DNA from: Octopus sinensis
Lineage: Eukaryota
DNA length: 64,000 bases
Direction of reading: 5' to 3'
NCBI RefSeq assembly: GCF_006345805.1
Contig: NC_043017.1
Span: 13,888,001-13,952,000 of the forward strand
In this document: positions 24,501-34,929 of the stretch, piece by piece
Layout: every line of letters begins with the position of its first letter
How positions within the stretch are numbered: position 1 is the first letter of the stretch
Position numbers and translations under genes: made by a program
The notes under the pieces: generated by a model
Seen by the model: the letters and a program-made list of their open reading frames with translations, nothing else
Databases searched by the model: none
What the model was told of the DNA's origin: nothing

Positions 24501-27118
24501 TGGGTGCTTTTTACGTGCCAGACGAGGCTGGCAAACGGCCACGATCGGATGGTGCTTTTTACGTGCCACCGGCACAGAGGCCAGGCGAGGCTGGCAACGG
24601 CCAGTGTCTATATAAAAGTGGTAAAATATATGGACTGGATATGGCTGGTTTAAATGCTAAATGGTTAAACCAGTAATTCCCTATCATTTTTTTATTTATG
24701 GGCCCTTTTGACCCTTATTTTCCCAAACCACTAGGCCATGCATTCTCACTATAATTTACCATTAAAATATATGTGTAATAAATTGGTTACACTTCTACAA
24801 TACAAGAATAATCATTCTTTCAAATTCTCTGGGGTTTGAATAATTCACCTCTGAAAGCAGGGGTATTTTGTTCATCATCCTTAAACAAACTGAGTGGGAT
24901 AAGCTACTTGACCTGAAGAAAATTGTAACTGTGCCCCACCTGCAAAGTCATGCACTGTTTATTTTGATATGAGATCACATGTGATGTATGTGCCTGGTGT
25001 ACTCTTATCAGACAGGTAGTCATGATGAGTATAGTGGGCTTCATATATTTCACCCCAGTGTCACTTTGCTGGCATGCACTGCTCTCTCAATCACTCAATA
25101 ATAATAATAATAATAATAATTCTTTCAAATTTTGGCACAAAGCCAGCTGTTTTGTGGGGAGGGAGTAAGTACTCAACTGGTACTTATTTTATTGAACTTG
25201 AAAGGATGAAAGGCAAAGTTGACCAAAGTTGACCTTAGTGGAATTTGCGCTCAGAATGTAAAAGCAGACGAAATGCCACCAGTCATTTTGCCTAACACAC
25301 TAACAATTCTGCCAGCTTGCTGCCTTAAAATAATTATAATAATTATGACGATAACAATGACAGTTTGTTTTATAATAATATTTGTTGTTATTTGCAGCGT
25401 AACCCATCATATCCGAGCAGTTTCAAAGAACTTGTTGAAAAAATGGTGAGTAGCAATTTCAGTTTCAAAGAGATTCTATTGTTAGATAACTATGTGTGTG
25501 TATATATTGCACTGTAGGTGTGTATGAATGTATTATTTCTCTGTATTTGTGTGTCACTATGTATGTGTGTGTATTTCACTGAATCTGTATGAGTGTTTGT
25601 GTATTTTATTGTATGTGTGTTTTAGTATGTGCGTGTGTTTCACTGTATGAGTGTTTCACTGTAGGTGTATTTCAATATTTATATCTCTGTTTGTGTGTGT
25701 ATATATTTTACTGTGTGTGTGTGTGTGTGTGTGTGGCTGAATATATTTAATTTTAGTGTATGTGTCAATGTATTTCACTCTGTGTGTGTGTGTGTCAGTG
25801 TATATCTCTGTATGTATATGATTATATTTCTCTCCATGTGTATGAATATATTTCTCTGTGTACCTATATGTATCCTTTATCTTTTACTTGTCTCAGTCAT
25901 TTGATTGTGGCCAAGCTTTGTGTGATGATAGTGTTAGTTGTGTGATGGTGGTATTGCAGTGGTTATACTGGTTGTAGTGGTGATACTGGTTGTAGTGGTG
26001 AAAGTGACTGTCAAGGTAACCGTCATGATAACATTGATGGCGGTGTATGTGGTTGAAATGGAAGCAATGACAATGCTGCTGATGATGATGTTGGTGGTTG
26101 TGAACTGCTTCAGATGATTCCTGTTTTTAAAGGTTTTTTTCTTCTTAAAGTCATATGGATGTGTTATTTTTTTATCCCCACCAAGGAGGTTATGTTTTTG
26201 CCGGTGTTGGTTTGGGAAATTGGGTGATTCTCAGCATGCATGTATATGGGTGGAAATGAGCTGCTTGGCGGAGGTCTGCGCTCTCCGAGTGCCTTTCTAG
26301 TTTTATCTGCGAGGATGTGTAGACTGGGTGATTGTTTGATACTGGTCATATAGTCATTTAAGGATTTAATACTGGTCATATAGTCATTTAAGGATTCAAG
26401 GATTCTACCCAACATGACTACCTGTCTGATAAGGGTACACCAGGCACATGCATCACAACCATATGTGCGCGAAATGGTAATCTCATATCAAGATAAACAG
26501 CGCATGACTTTGCAGGTGGGGCCCAGTTAGAATTTTCTTCTGGTCGAGTAGCCCATCCGTCTCAAAAAGGTCCCTGAATAAGGGTTGTTTAAGGATGTTG
26601 AACAAAACACCCATGTTTCCAAAGTTAGAATAATGAGTTAGAATAGTACCAAAACCTTATCTTCTTTGCAACGCTCCATAAGTCAGTCTTGAAGTTCTCA
26701 AGGTCTTTCATACGCGGGGTGCACTTTCAGGATTTAAAGCTAAACTTATTTGTAGATCTAGTAGCGGTTTGGGTAATTGGGCGATTTTCAGCATGTGTGT
26801 ATATTGGTGGAAATGAGCCGCTTGGCGGAGGTCTGCGCTCTCCGAGTGCTTTTCTAGTTTATGTTTGTTTTTATTTTGCAAGAACACAAGACAGACCAAA
26901 AGAAGCTTCAACTAATTTCTATTTTGTTTCATGTTTTTCAGGCCATTGATCATAATTTGGTTTTCATCCCAATTCCTGGAAAATCTCATGAAGGGAAACA
27001 AGTTTATCGGTTTGGCAGTGTTGTGATGCATCTCGACAGAAATGTTATCTTCATGTTTGATAACCAAAGCTGGATTCCTGTCTCTTTGAACACACTCATT
27101 GACCGTGGCAAGCACTGA
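4617..27118 (+). CDS. TFIP11: Tuftelin-interacting protein 11 (TFIP11/Ntr1/Spp382), spliced gene, 16 coding exons, 824 aa
   Basis: Manually joined exons give one open frame of 2475 nt. It contains the N-terminal TIP_N motif ([23 protein letters not shown]), a G-patch ([27 protein letters not shown]), a GCFC-type region ([49 protein letters not shown]) and the C-terminus ([28 protein letters not shown]). All introns are GT-AG with matching phases. Confidence 0.97.
5657..5805 (+). CDS. TFIP11: TFIP11 coding exon 2 ([18 protein letters not shown]...QKDDM)
   Basis: Acceptor tgttgttag; donor gtaaat; phase 1 to 0. Confidence 0.92.
6573..6806 (+). mobile_element. tRNA-derived SINE family B (MetaSINE-like central region)
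   Basis: ggcggtgagctggcagaa head, B box GAGTTCAAATTCC, gtcgactttgcctttc.tcctttcggggtcgat core. Copies at 18627-18858, 48541-48770 and 59910-60140 (+), and 2905-3120, 5290-5390, 21730-21925 and 25120-25325 (-). Confidence 0.88.
8079..8191 (+). CDS. TFIP11: TFIP11 coding exon 3 ([19 protein letters not shown]...KDFE)
   Basis: Long pyrimidine tract + ctag; donor gtatga; phase 0 to 2 bridges exons 2 and 4. Confidence 0.88.
8356..8576. mobile_element. piggyBac-like MITE (opposite orientation to 199-413)
   Basis: TTAA|CCCTTTAG...CTAAAGGG|TTAA. Confidence 0.8.
8820..9173 (+). mobile_element. Helitron-like 3' end with two ~100-bp tandem units
   Basis: Hairpin ccagt..actgg then CTAG|T at 9170-9174; gtgtccaatggaagtgggatggtgaacattcaatgctgaaagg duplicated. 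Confidence 0.45.
9397..9730 (-). mobile_element. SINE-like family C with (TGA)n tail
   Basis: (cat)n-tttaacgtccg..ctggatgcccttcctaacgccaacc..tttttacgtgccaccggcac. Copies at 7381, 18226, 20590, 22890, 24340, 27692 and 28449. Confidence 0.85.
9944..10007 (+). CDS. TFIP11: TFIP11 coding exon 4 ([21 protein letters not shown], start of G-patch)
   Basis: Acceptor tctttttag; donor gtaagt; conserved [13 protein letters not shown]. Confidence 0.95.
10632..10844 (+). CDS. TFIP11: TFIP11 coding exon 5 ([11 protein letters not shown]...QWKREPT, G-patch)
   Basis: Acceptor ttttag; donor gtaagt at 10845; G-patch glycine pattern. Confidence 0.96.
11404..11604. mobile_element. hAT (Charlie-type) MITE
   Basis: TIRs CAGTGGTTTTCAA / TTGAAAAGCACTG; perfect 8-bp TSD CCCTAGGG. 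Confidence 0.9.
11884..12034 (+). CDS. TFIP11: TFIP11 coding exon 6 ([12 protein letters not shown]...[17 protein letters not shown])
   Basis: Acceptor ccttgtag; donor gtttct; conserved KPKYxYKT and KVIDMTG motifs. Confidence 0.94.
12340..13020 (+). mobile_element. RTE-clade LINE fragment
   Basis: [12 protein letters not shown]|SGRGC...[27 protein letters not shown], the RTE post-RT region. Confidence 0.7.
12581..12784. mobile_element. Mariner-type MITE nested in an RTE fragment
   Basis: TA|TGAGGGAGTGCTGAAAAGTT...AACTTTTCAACACCCCTTCG|TA; the flanks rejoin as RTE coding sequence. Confidence 0.8.
13458..13620 (+). CDS. TFIP11: TFIP11 coding exon 7 (YHAICQRH...[14 protein letters not shown]...IIQNDR)
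   Basis: Acceptor ttgctag; donor gtaaga; conserved PELxHNL. Confidence 0.94.
13900..14270 (+). mobile_element. RTE-clade RT fragment
   Basis: [43 protein letters not shown] (decayed LRFADD), EYIYLG. Confidence 0.75.
15243..15365 (+). CDS. TFIP11: TFIP11 coding exon 8 ([18 protein letters not shown]...LDMVE)
   Basis: Acceptor ttgaacag; donor gtaatc; phase 2 to 2; coiled-coil-like sequence. Confidence 0.92.
16046..16650. mobile_element. hAT MITE with internal ~200-bp duplication
   Basis: CAGTAGATCTCAA...TTGAGAACCACTG; TSD ctctatat/ctctgtgt; 16240-16430 resembles 16445-16640. Confidence 0.6.
17108..17255 (+). CDS. TFIP11: TFIP11 coding exon 9 (CQKRTQAD...[25 protein letters not shown])
   Basis: Acceptor ctttctttctcag; donor gtaagt. 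Confidence 0.94.
17576..17760 (+). CDS. TFIP11: TFIP11 coding exon 10 ([12 protein letters not shown]...[17 protein letters not shown])
   Basis: Acceptor atttcag; donor gtaagt at 17761. Confidence 0.94.
18627..18858 (+). mobile_element. SINE family B copy with ~17-bp TSD
   Basis: ggtaataatagtataag on both sides (18611-18627, 18858-18874). Confidence 0.88.
18954..19150 (+). CDS. TFIP11: TFIP11 coding exon 11 ([10 protein letters not shown]...[21 protein letters not shown])
   Basis: Acceptor atttcag; donor gtaaga; highly conserved motif. Confidence 0.96.
21230..21448 (+). CDS. TFIP11: TFIP11 coding exon 12 ([15 protein letters not shown]...[10 protein letters not shown])
   Basis: Acceptor cttctctag; donor gttagt. 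Confidence 0.96.
21525..21715 (-). mobile_element. Second copy of the PLE-like fragment, abutting (AAT)n in TFIP11 intron 12
   Basis: caaaagacgaagacaggtg...gtcttttacattttgagcctgtgctcttcaacag matches 2490-2600; GAAA has decayed to AAAA. Confidence 0.5.
22266..22472 (+). CDS. TFIP11: TFIP11 coding exon 13 (PLHWMMSW...[18 protein letters not shown]...YVK)
   Basis: Acceptor catatag; donor gtaaac. Confidence 0.95.
23830..24038 (+). CDS. TFIP11: TFIP11 coding exon 14 ([14 protein letters not shown]...[10 protein letters not shown]...QDYD)
   Basis: Atypical aaaag acceptor required by frame and by the conserved [14 protein letters not shown] motif; donor gtatgt. Confidence 0.88.
25398..25445 (+). 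CDS. TFIP11: TFIP11 coding exon 15 ([16 protein letters not shown])
   Basis: Acceptor tttgcag; donor gtgagt; 48 nt, phase 0 to 0; FKELVE motif. Confidence 0.9.
26173..26300 (+). mobile_element. Helentron/HINE-like non-autonomous element; 3' end duplicated at 26768-26857
   Basis: 5' atccccaccaagg pairs with subterminal cttggcggag; 3' hairpin then CTAG; T-rich insertion site. Confidence 0.6.
26942..27118 (+). CDS. TFIP11: TFIP11 last coding exon ([25 protein letters not shown]...RGKH*)
   Basis: Acceptor tttttcag; stop TGA at 27116-27118. Confidence 0.95.
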   Translation, partial: AIDHNLVFIPIPGKSHEGKQVYRFGSVVMHLDRNVIFMFDNQSWIPVSLNTLIDRGKH

Positions 27119-27442
27119 TGTGCAGAGTGTCATCTTCCCTCACGTTGTTGTGTATTTAGGTGGATGGGTGTGTGTGTATTGGCTGGAACATCCCTGCAGT
27201 ACATTCAAATATATATAGACATATATACACATTTATAAATATTTTGTGTACTCATAAAATTTAGAGTGAAAGAAAGAGAGAGAGAGATTGATGGATTATT
27301 TTGTGTATATAATAGATTATATGAGAGGGTTTTTAAAGTATATAAAGATGTTTGTATGTGTGTGTGTATGTATGTATTTATTATAAACAAGGAACATTGA
27401 GAAACATGAACAGACTTAGAAATGTTCTGTTACCAAAAAATG

Positions 27443-27448
27443 AATAAA
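27443..27448 (+). terminator. Probable TFIP11 polyadenylation signal AATAAA
   Basis: AATAAA about 325 nt after the stop codon, followed by GT/T-rich sequence (gtcctgtctttttt). Confidence 0.6.
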
Positions 27449-27686
27449 AAAGATGTAAGTTGTACAAAGTCCTGTCTTTTTTACAAGTTTAAAAGGTCAG
27501 AAGGAAAGTCACTCCCTTGATAGTGAAACGGAAAAGATGAAAAAAGTATTGTCTGAATTCCAGAGGAAACTTGACAGAATGCTGCATGTCAACAGAGAAG
27601 GCAACAGGCATTCTACAGTTAGAAAAAGCTGACGCTGACAATTCAAAAATGTTTATTAAGTATTTTTATTTATTTATAATGTTGTT

Positions 27687-27717
<31 letters not shown>

Positions 27718-29359
27718 GTTTAACGTCTGTTCTCCATGCTAGCATGGGTTGGACGGTTCGACTGGGATCTGGGAAGCCTGGAGGCTGCACCAGGCTCCAG
27801 TCTGATCTGGCAGTGTTTCTACAGCTGGATGCCCTTCCTAACGCCAACCACTCCGTGAGTGTAGTGGGTGCTTTTTACGTGCCAGGCAAGGCTGGCAACA
27901 GCCACGATTGGATCGGTGCTTTTTACATGCCACCGGCACGGAAGCCAGTCAAGGCGGCGCTGGCATTGACCACGTTTGGATGGTTCTTTTACGTGCCACC
28001 AGCACGACTACGATTTCCATTGATTTTTTAATGTAAAATTGTTTAGTAGACACTGCAGTGGTTATTTAGTAGGATGAGGACTTTGAAATTTCTCATGTTA
28101 AGATCATCTCTATAGATTTTCTGTAGAAATTATAACCAGCACTGATTTGTTAATTATGTTTTATATCCAGATATGTCTAATGTAAACAACAATGTGATTA
28201 AAGATGGAAAAATCGTTAATGGGTGTGTATACCATACTTCAGGAGTTTTTGCTCCTTCTTCAGCGTCACATCAAACCCATTAACCATCATATGAAATCAT
28301 TGCTTAAATAACCACTAAATACAGCAGTGTAGCATTATTGGATATACCAATTTTACATATTAAACACATTCCTGGCAGCTTGTAGGTACATATTAATGAC
28401 TTATAGGAACACCCTATTTCATTATGTAACTGTAATGTACTACATTATTCATCATCATCATCATCATCATCATCATTTAACATCCGCTTTCCATGCTGGC
28501 ATGGGTTGGATGATTTGACAGGGCTGGTGAACCAGATGGCTGCACCAGGGCTCCAATCTGATCTGGCAGAGTTTCTACTGCTGGATGCTCTTCCTAATGC
28601 CTACCATAGTATATTAAAGGCTTATAAGTCATACTGTGTCCTACCTGTGTTAGCAATGCTATTAAATATCGTATTATTGTAAATTATGGTTGCCTAATGA
28701 AATACAGGTGTTCCTACAAGTAATTAATTTGAAATTTCAGGTTGCACAAGATGGTTGTGAGTAAGGCGCCTCCCAACATTTGTTAAAGCGTGGGCCAGGG
28801 TGAGAGTACTACTGTGTCTAGCAGTACTGTGACAATATAACTAGGTGGGAGTTTTGGTTTAGCAGCCTTGGAAGGCAGCCAGACTAGGAGGACAATGCTG
28901 ACAAAATCATCAAACTCATAAAGAAATGCATGCCTGAGTGATATTGTATTATGTACATACAGTGTTTAGAAGAACTTCTAAAATCCCCGAGTAGCTCCTG
29001 CAGATTCTGTATGGGGCAAAGCATCTCTGATGTTTATTGCCACTGCCTCCTCCTCATCATTTAGTGTCTGTTTTCCATACTGTCATAGGGTAGGTGGTTT
29101 GACTGGAACTGAAAAAAATGGAGAGCTGTACCAGGCTCCAGTGTGGTTTGGCTTGGTTTCTATACTCTTTTACTTGTTTCAGTCATTTGACTGCGGCCAT
29201 GCTGGAGCACCGCCTTTAATCAAGCAACTCGACCCTGGGACTTATTCTTTTGTAAGCCCAGTACTTATTCTATCGGTCTCTTTTGCCGAACCGCTAAGTA
29301 ACGGGGACATAAACACACCAGCATCGGTTTTCAAGCAATGCTAGGGGGACAATCACACA

Positions 29360-29406
<47 letters not shown>

Positions 29407-30311
29407 GACGGACTTCTTTCAGTTTCCGTCTACCAAATCCACTCACAAGGCTTTGGTCGGCCCGAGGCTATAGTAGAAGACACTTGCCCTAGGTGCCACG
29501 CAGTGGGACTAAACCCGGAACCATGTGGTTGGTAAACAAGCTACTTACCACATAGCCACTCCTGCGCCTATATTCTATGGCTGAATACTTTTCTTAACTC
29601 CATCCCATTTTGTCATTTCGTTGTATTGTTTTCTCATTTAGCTATAATTCATTGTTTCCCACGGGGATGAAGTGGGTATTGTGTGAACGGAAAATGGGAT
29701 GGACTCATTGCCATATTTTGATAAACAAAATTAGTTTTAAACTGTTTACAGCGTGTCCAACATCATGGCAAAGAAAGAATTACTAAATGGATGTTATGGA
29801 AAGGAGGTGGAACGAAAGCTTTACTAATATTTCTTGCGTGAGAAGAGAGAGCGCCGTGGTTTTTCCGTTTAAGAATCGTTGCTAGAAACTACACCTAACT
29901 CCATCAAATATAAATAAAACAAGAATTATCTCCCCTCACTATTAATTACCTCCCCTGTCAATCCTTCCAACTGTTAGTCCTTCCTCGTTACGCAGCAAAA
30001 GCCAGCCAGCCACACACACAGACGCGCATGTACACAATTCCTTTTTGGAACAGTGAAATTTGAATCAAATAAATTAAAAAATAATAGCATATAAAATATT
30101 GAGTTTTAAAACCCTTTGGATAGAAAACGTCGAAAGCTACTCGTAGGACTCAAACCCACATCTGTAAATATGACAGACGTCCTGTATAGCTTAATGTGCT
30201 TCACTTTCCATTGACTCAAAGAAGAATTATTTCAGGTCTCTGGAAGTTTCTTAAATTCTTATGATGTCAACTATAAGTGTGTGTGTCCGCATGCATATAT
30301 ATATATATGTA

Positions 30312-30878
30312 TTGGGTTGTCCGGAAAGTTCGTGCCGATTTATAGTAGCTTACCTTTCGACTTATTTTAGAACATTGTTGAGTCCATAAAATAGGATTTG
30401 ACTATACCTCCATTTAGAGCACAGTTTAAGCTATCTTTTCGTAGAAGAAGGTTTATGTTCCTATAACCTGTGTTAATTCTGTAACCCTTTAAAATGGAAG
30501 ATAAGAAAGTTCATTTTCGGCACTTGATGCTTTGGGAACCAGACAAAAATTGCTGCAGCTCGGCTGGGATGTGTTACCCCACCCTGCATATTCACCAGAT
30601 ATTGCTTCCTTCGGATTTCCACTTATTCAGGTCTCTGCAGAATAGTCTTAATGGTAAAAATTTCAATTCCTTAGATGACGTAAAAAGATACCTTGATGAA
30701 TTCTTTACCATGAAACCACCTCAATTCTGGGAAGAGGGTATTTTTAAGTTAATGGAAAGATGGAAACGCGTTGTGCAACAAAATGGTTCATATTTGGTTG
30801 ATTAAGAATGTAATGGCAAATATTTATTGACCCTTTTTTTCCCTTTAAAAATCGACACGAACTTTCCGGATAACCCAA
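30312..30878 (+). mobile_element. Internally deleted mariner element
   Basis: TA|TTGGGTTGTCCGGAAAGTTCGTGCCGATTT...AAATCGACACGAACTTTCCGGATAACCCAA|TA; N-terminal MEDKKVHFRHLMLWE fused to C-terminal HPAYSPD..SDFHLFRSLQN..WKRVVQQNGSY. Confidence 0.92.
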
Positions 30879-31089
30879 TATATATGTACACATGTACACA
30901 TTGTTGGATGACCGTTGACTGCTCGAGTTCGCCCTTTAACAGGTATTTTTTTTGTCCCGCAGTGTGTCCAGCAATCACCCCGCCTCACCAAGCAAGCTCG
31001 GTGGGATTGTCAGTTTAGTCGCTGACGACCCGACCGTGCCACAGATACTGGGTTACGTGTTACGTATAGCACTTGAGAACGACCTGACA

Positions 31090-32578
31090 CAGTTTAAGTG
31101 CAAAGCAAAGGCTCTCAAAACATTTGTCAGAGAAGTGCTTTATGTTGATGTTGCCGATTTGTTGTCACACTCAGGTGAGAATATGCAACATATAATGGAC
31201 AGATTTTCCACTGCATGTGTACTTTTCGGATTCACAATTAGTCCTTAGGAAAACCAAAGAAATGTTTACTCCCGCGCCAGGACAAACGTAATTCGAACCA
31301 AACATTTTTGTGAATGCAACAATGTTAGACAGAGATACACTATCGTATAGGGAAGAGAAGTGTTGGATTTGGAAAGCTGGAAAAGCGAGTATGGATGGAT
31401 AGAGGTATTTCCTTGCGGCAAAAATCACTGTCTATAAAACGTATGTATTGACAGTGGTTTCTTTATTCGAGTGGGCCACGCATAGGCGTCATATGAAAAT
31501 ACTGGAGAGATTTCACCAAAAGTAATTCAGGCGTATCTTGGGAGTCAAGTGGGAATGTTTCATACCAGATATACAAGTTTTGCACGTGGTACGTGGTAGC
31601 TCAATTGGACAACACATCATTTTGGCTCAAATGTATCTTGGGAGTCAAGTGGGAATGTTTCATACCAGATATAGAAGTTTTGCACGTGGTACGTGGTAGC
31701 TCAATTGGACAACACATCATCTTGGCTCAAATGTATCTTGGGAGTTAAGTGGGAATGTTTCATATCAGATATAGAAGTTTTGCACGTGGTACGTGGTAGC
31801 TCAATTGGACAACACATCCTCTTGGCTCAAATGTATCAAATGTACAAGTGTGGTACGTGGTAGCTCAATTGGACAACACATCATCTTGGCTCAAATGAGA
31901 TAGGTTGGACATGTTATTAGAGTGAAAGATGAGAGATTGCCAAAGCATCTTTTTTATGGTGAGCCCAACTCTGGTAAGCGACAACAACATAAGTCAAGGA
32001 AAATGTATAAAGACTGAAAACCTGAAGAAACTAGATATGAAGAAAAGTGAATGGGAAACTGATGCTTAGGATCAAAATAAGTGGAGGTGCTGTTAGGACT
32101 GATTGCAACGGCTGGGAGAAAAAAATGATTCACTGCTCTGAGCTTTAAAGGGCCTGTTGGAAAGGAACAATCGGAATTGAAATCAACAGTGAATATTGGA
32201 TATGTATTGTGGGATCGTGTTCTGTTGTCAGAAGCAGGATACGTGAATCATATGAAGTCACACGAAAATGGAAATGTCCAGGCAGGTAATCTTGAACTCC
32301 GACCATCTTTTATGACTTGTCATTTGTCACAAAACTTGTAAGACAAGATCTGGACTTAAAAAAGACATACGCTAGTTCACATAAACATTCCTTCAGAATC
32401 AGATTCCAAAGGGCAAAGACGTAGAAGAAATTTGAATAATAGCTGTCACTGCCAGTCAGCAGTTGGTCTTAAAAGTCATTTGAGGGCTCATCAATGGGAG
32501 GATCATGCTGTGTGATGGGGTATGATGCGTGTGTTGAGGGATGGCTATCAGCTGTCAAGAAGAAGCAATCATCATACG
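31090..32578 (+). mobile_element. 5'-truncated RTE LINE (RT end to 3' end)
   Basis: REVLYVDVADL..MQHIMDRFSTACVLFGFTIS; GHVIRVKDERLPKHLFYGE; C-terminal C2H2-like remnants (HMKSH, HLRAH). Confidence 0.85.
31533..31895. repeat. 100-bp tandem repeat, 3 copies plus a partial, inside the RTE
   Basis: gtatcttgggagt.. units start at 31533, 31633 and 31733. Confidence 0.92.
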
Positions 32579-32744
32579 TGTGTGTGTGTGTAAAAACATA
32601 GTACACACACATATATAAATACATGTATGATTACACACATACACACATATACATTCATACATATACACACATATATGGATATATAAATATATTAGTGTGT
32701 GTATGTGTGTGTGTATTATCCGAAATGTATTGTATTAAATATCC

Positions 32745-32845
32745 ATCATGGCTGGTCTTACCAATCGATTTCGCGTAAAGAATACAATGGAGTGTTAGGT
32801 AACAAACCAACTGTATAATTTACGCTCATCAGAGTTAGCCGATAT
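32745..32845 (-). ncRNA. Hammerhead ribozyme motif (left arm of fold-back element)
   Basis: Minus strand: ggctaact-CTGATGA-GCGTAAA...TTTACGC-GAAA-TCGA-TT-ggtaagaccagcc; palindromic AATCGATT stem III. Confidence 0.6.
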
Positions 32846-32924
32846 GGAAGGAAATATGGTCACTGTTCTTGCCATATTCCCTTCCGTATCAGCTAAGTCT
32901 GAGCAGTCGCCATATTCCCTTCCA

Positions 32925-33025
32925 TATCAGTTAACTCTGATGAGCGTAAAGTTATATAATCAGTTTGTTATCTAACACTCTATTGTATTCTTTACACGAA
33001 ACCGATTGGTATGACCAGCCGTGAT
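32925..33025 (+). ncRNA. Hammerhead ribozyme motif (right arm, more decayed)
   Basis: CTGATGA at 32937-32943, stem II GCGTAAAG...CTTTACAC, GAAA at 32998-33001. Confidence 0.5.
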
Positions 33026-34929
33026 GGATATCTAATACTATACATTTCGGTTCATTCTTTTTGAATAACCCCGTATACATACGACGGATTTTTCTTTCAG
33101 TTTCCGCCTACCAAATCCACTCACAAGGCTTTGGTCAACCTGAGACTATATTAGAAGGCACCTGCCATAGGTGCCACGCAGTGGGACTGAACCTGGAACC
33201 ATGCGGCTGGGAAGTAAGCCTCTTACCACACAGCCACACACGCACACACACACACACATACACACATTGTGTTACAATATGCAATTCAGACTTCCAACAA
33301 AGATCTGCTCATGAAAGAAGTAGGATCAAATGACCCCCCAAGCATCTTTAAATTCCCTGTTGTAGATCACAGTATTACATCAAAGGAGCAGAAATGTTGC
33401 TTAAGAGCACATATATTCAAGGTGAAGGTTCTGTGTTTCCTTGAAAAAGCATTTAAGTATTTAAATAATCAGATCCATTAATTCTATATCGGTACTCAGC
33501 ATTTTCCAGTATCTTATCTACATTACTGTATTAATGAGTGCACATTCACCGTTCTATAATTTAAGTTACTTGACACTTTAAAGTTGTATTATTTTTAAAA
33601 CAACAATCATATTGAACAATATCATATTAAAATAATCAATCGCAGAAAATTTGAACTGATTTTACTCAAAGACAGGAAGTTGTATTATGTTTAATGAAGA
33701 TTTTCTTTGAATGACAATTGATTTTGTAAATTAAAAATGTTCAACGTGAATAGGTTACGTGTTTGGAATACCTTTATAGAAATGGAATAAAACGAACGAT
33801 AAAACAAAAGAAATAACACTAATAAACAAATAATAAAACAGAAGAATCAACAACAACAACAAAGAAAATATAAAAACATAATTAAACTAATAACTAAGAA
33901 ATATAACACCGACCTCAGTTTGAACTCATGTCTTCATGATTCGTGTATTTGCAAGTTTATTGTATTTCACAGGTACTATAGTGGCATTACCTCTAAAAGA
34001 ACAGTATTTCTTTCGTATCTTTTCTTATCTTTCACACAAAACCATTGGGAGTGAAGGACTCCTAGCCTTTGTTAGGGCATCCTTCTAGGAGAAGGTAACT
34101 CAGGTAACTGGGACAACTCCGACATAAAACCTGCGGCTCAGTGGTTACCGATGATGTTGACTTGTTCTTCTTTTCGGATTATGGCTGCTGTTGCTTTGTG
34201 AGTGGGATCGACTCATTGCACAGCCTTTCCTCACTTTAAAAAAAATCTTCTTGCACAGGCATTGCACGATAACAACATTGATTAAGCTTCGTGCAATGGC
34301 CATACTCGATAACGAGGGGGCAGCCACCATGTATGTATGTATGTATGTATGTATGTATGTATGTATGTATGTATGTATGTATGTATGTGTCCTTGTGTTG
34401 ACATCATGTGTTAGTTGTAAATGAGTGTCACCGTTATACGAGTAGTGTGATTCTTTTTCAGCATGCCTGGCTTTGAGGAAATATATTACCTTGCTTGGAA
34501 ACAGATAAGGGTTGGTGATAGGAAGGGCATCCAGCCGCAAAAAATCTGACTCAACAAATTCTGTTCTGACCCATGCAAGCATAAAAAGAGGACGTTAAAA
34601 TTATGATGACGCATGCGTGCGAGCAAGCACACACACATATATACACACACATACAGACATGCACACATACATACACAAGCACATACATTTATACATACAG
34701 GCAGACAAACAACCTACATACATACACACATACATCCACTCATACATACACACACATACATGCACATATACACACATACATTATACGTACACACATACGT
34801 ACACTTACATACATACATACACACATACATGCACATAATACACATACATACATACATACATACATACATACATACATACATACATACATACATACATACT
34901 GCATGCACGGACAAGATAACTACTCATAC

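Noticed and set aside
4726-26941. U12-type or non-canonical introns in TFIP11
   Set aside because: All 15 introns are GT-AG and none has the GTATCCTT U12 donor
29590-30130. Promoter or first exon of a second gene (CpG-containing, short inverted repeat tccatcccatttt/aaaatgggatgga)
   Set aside because: No exon chain or ORF could be linked to it
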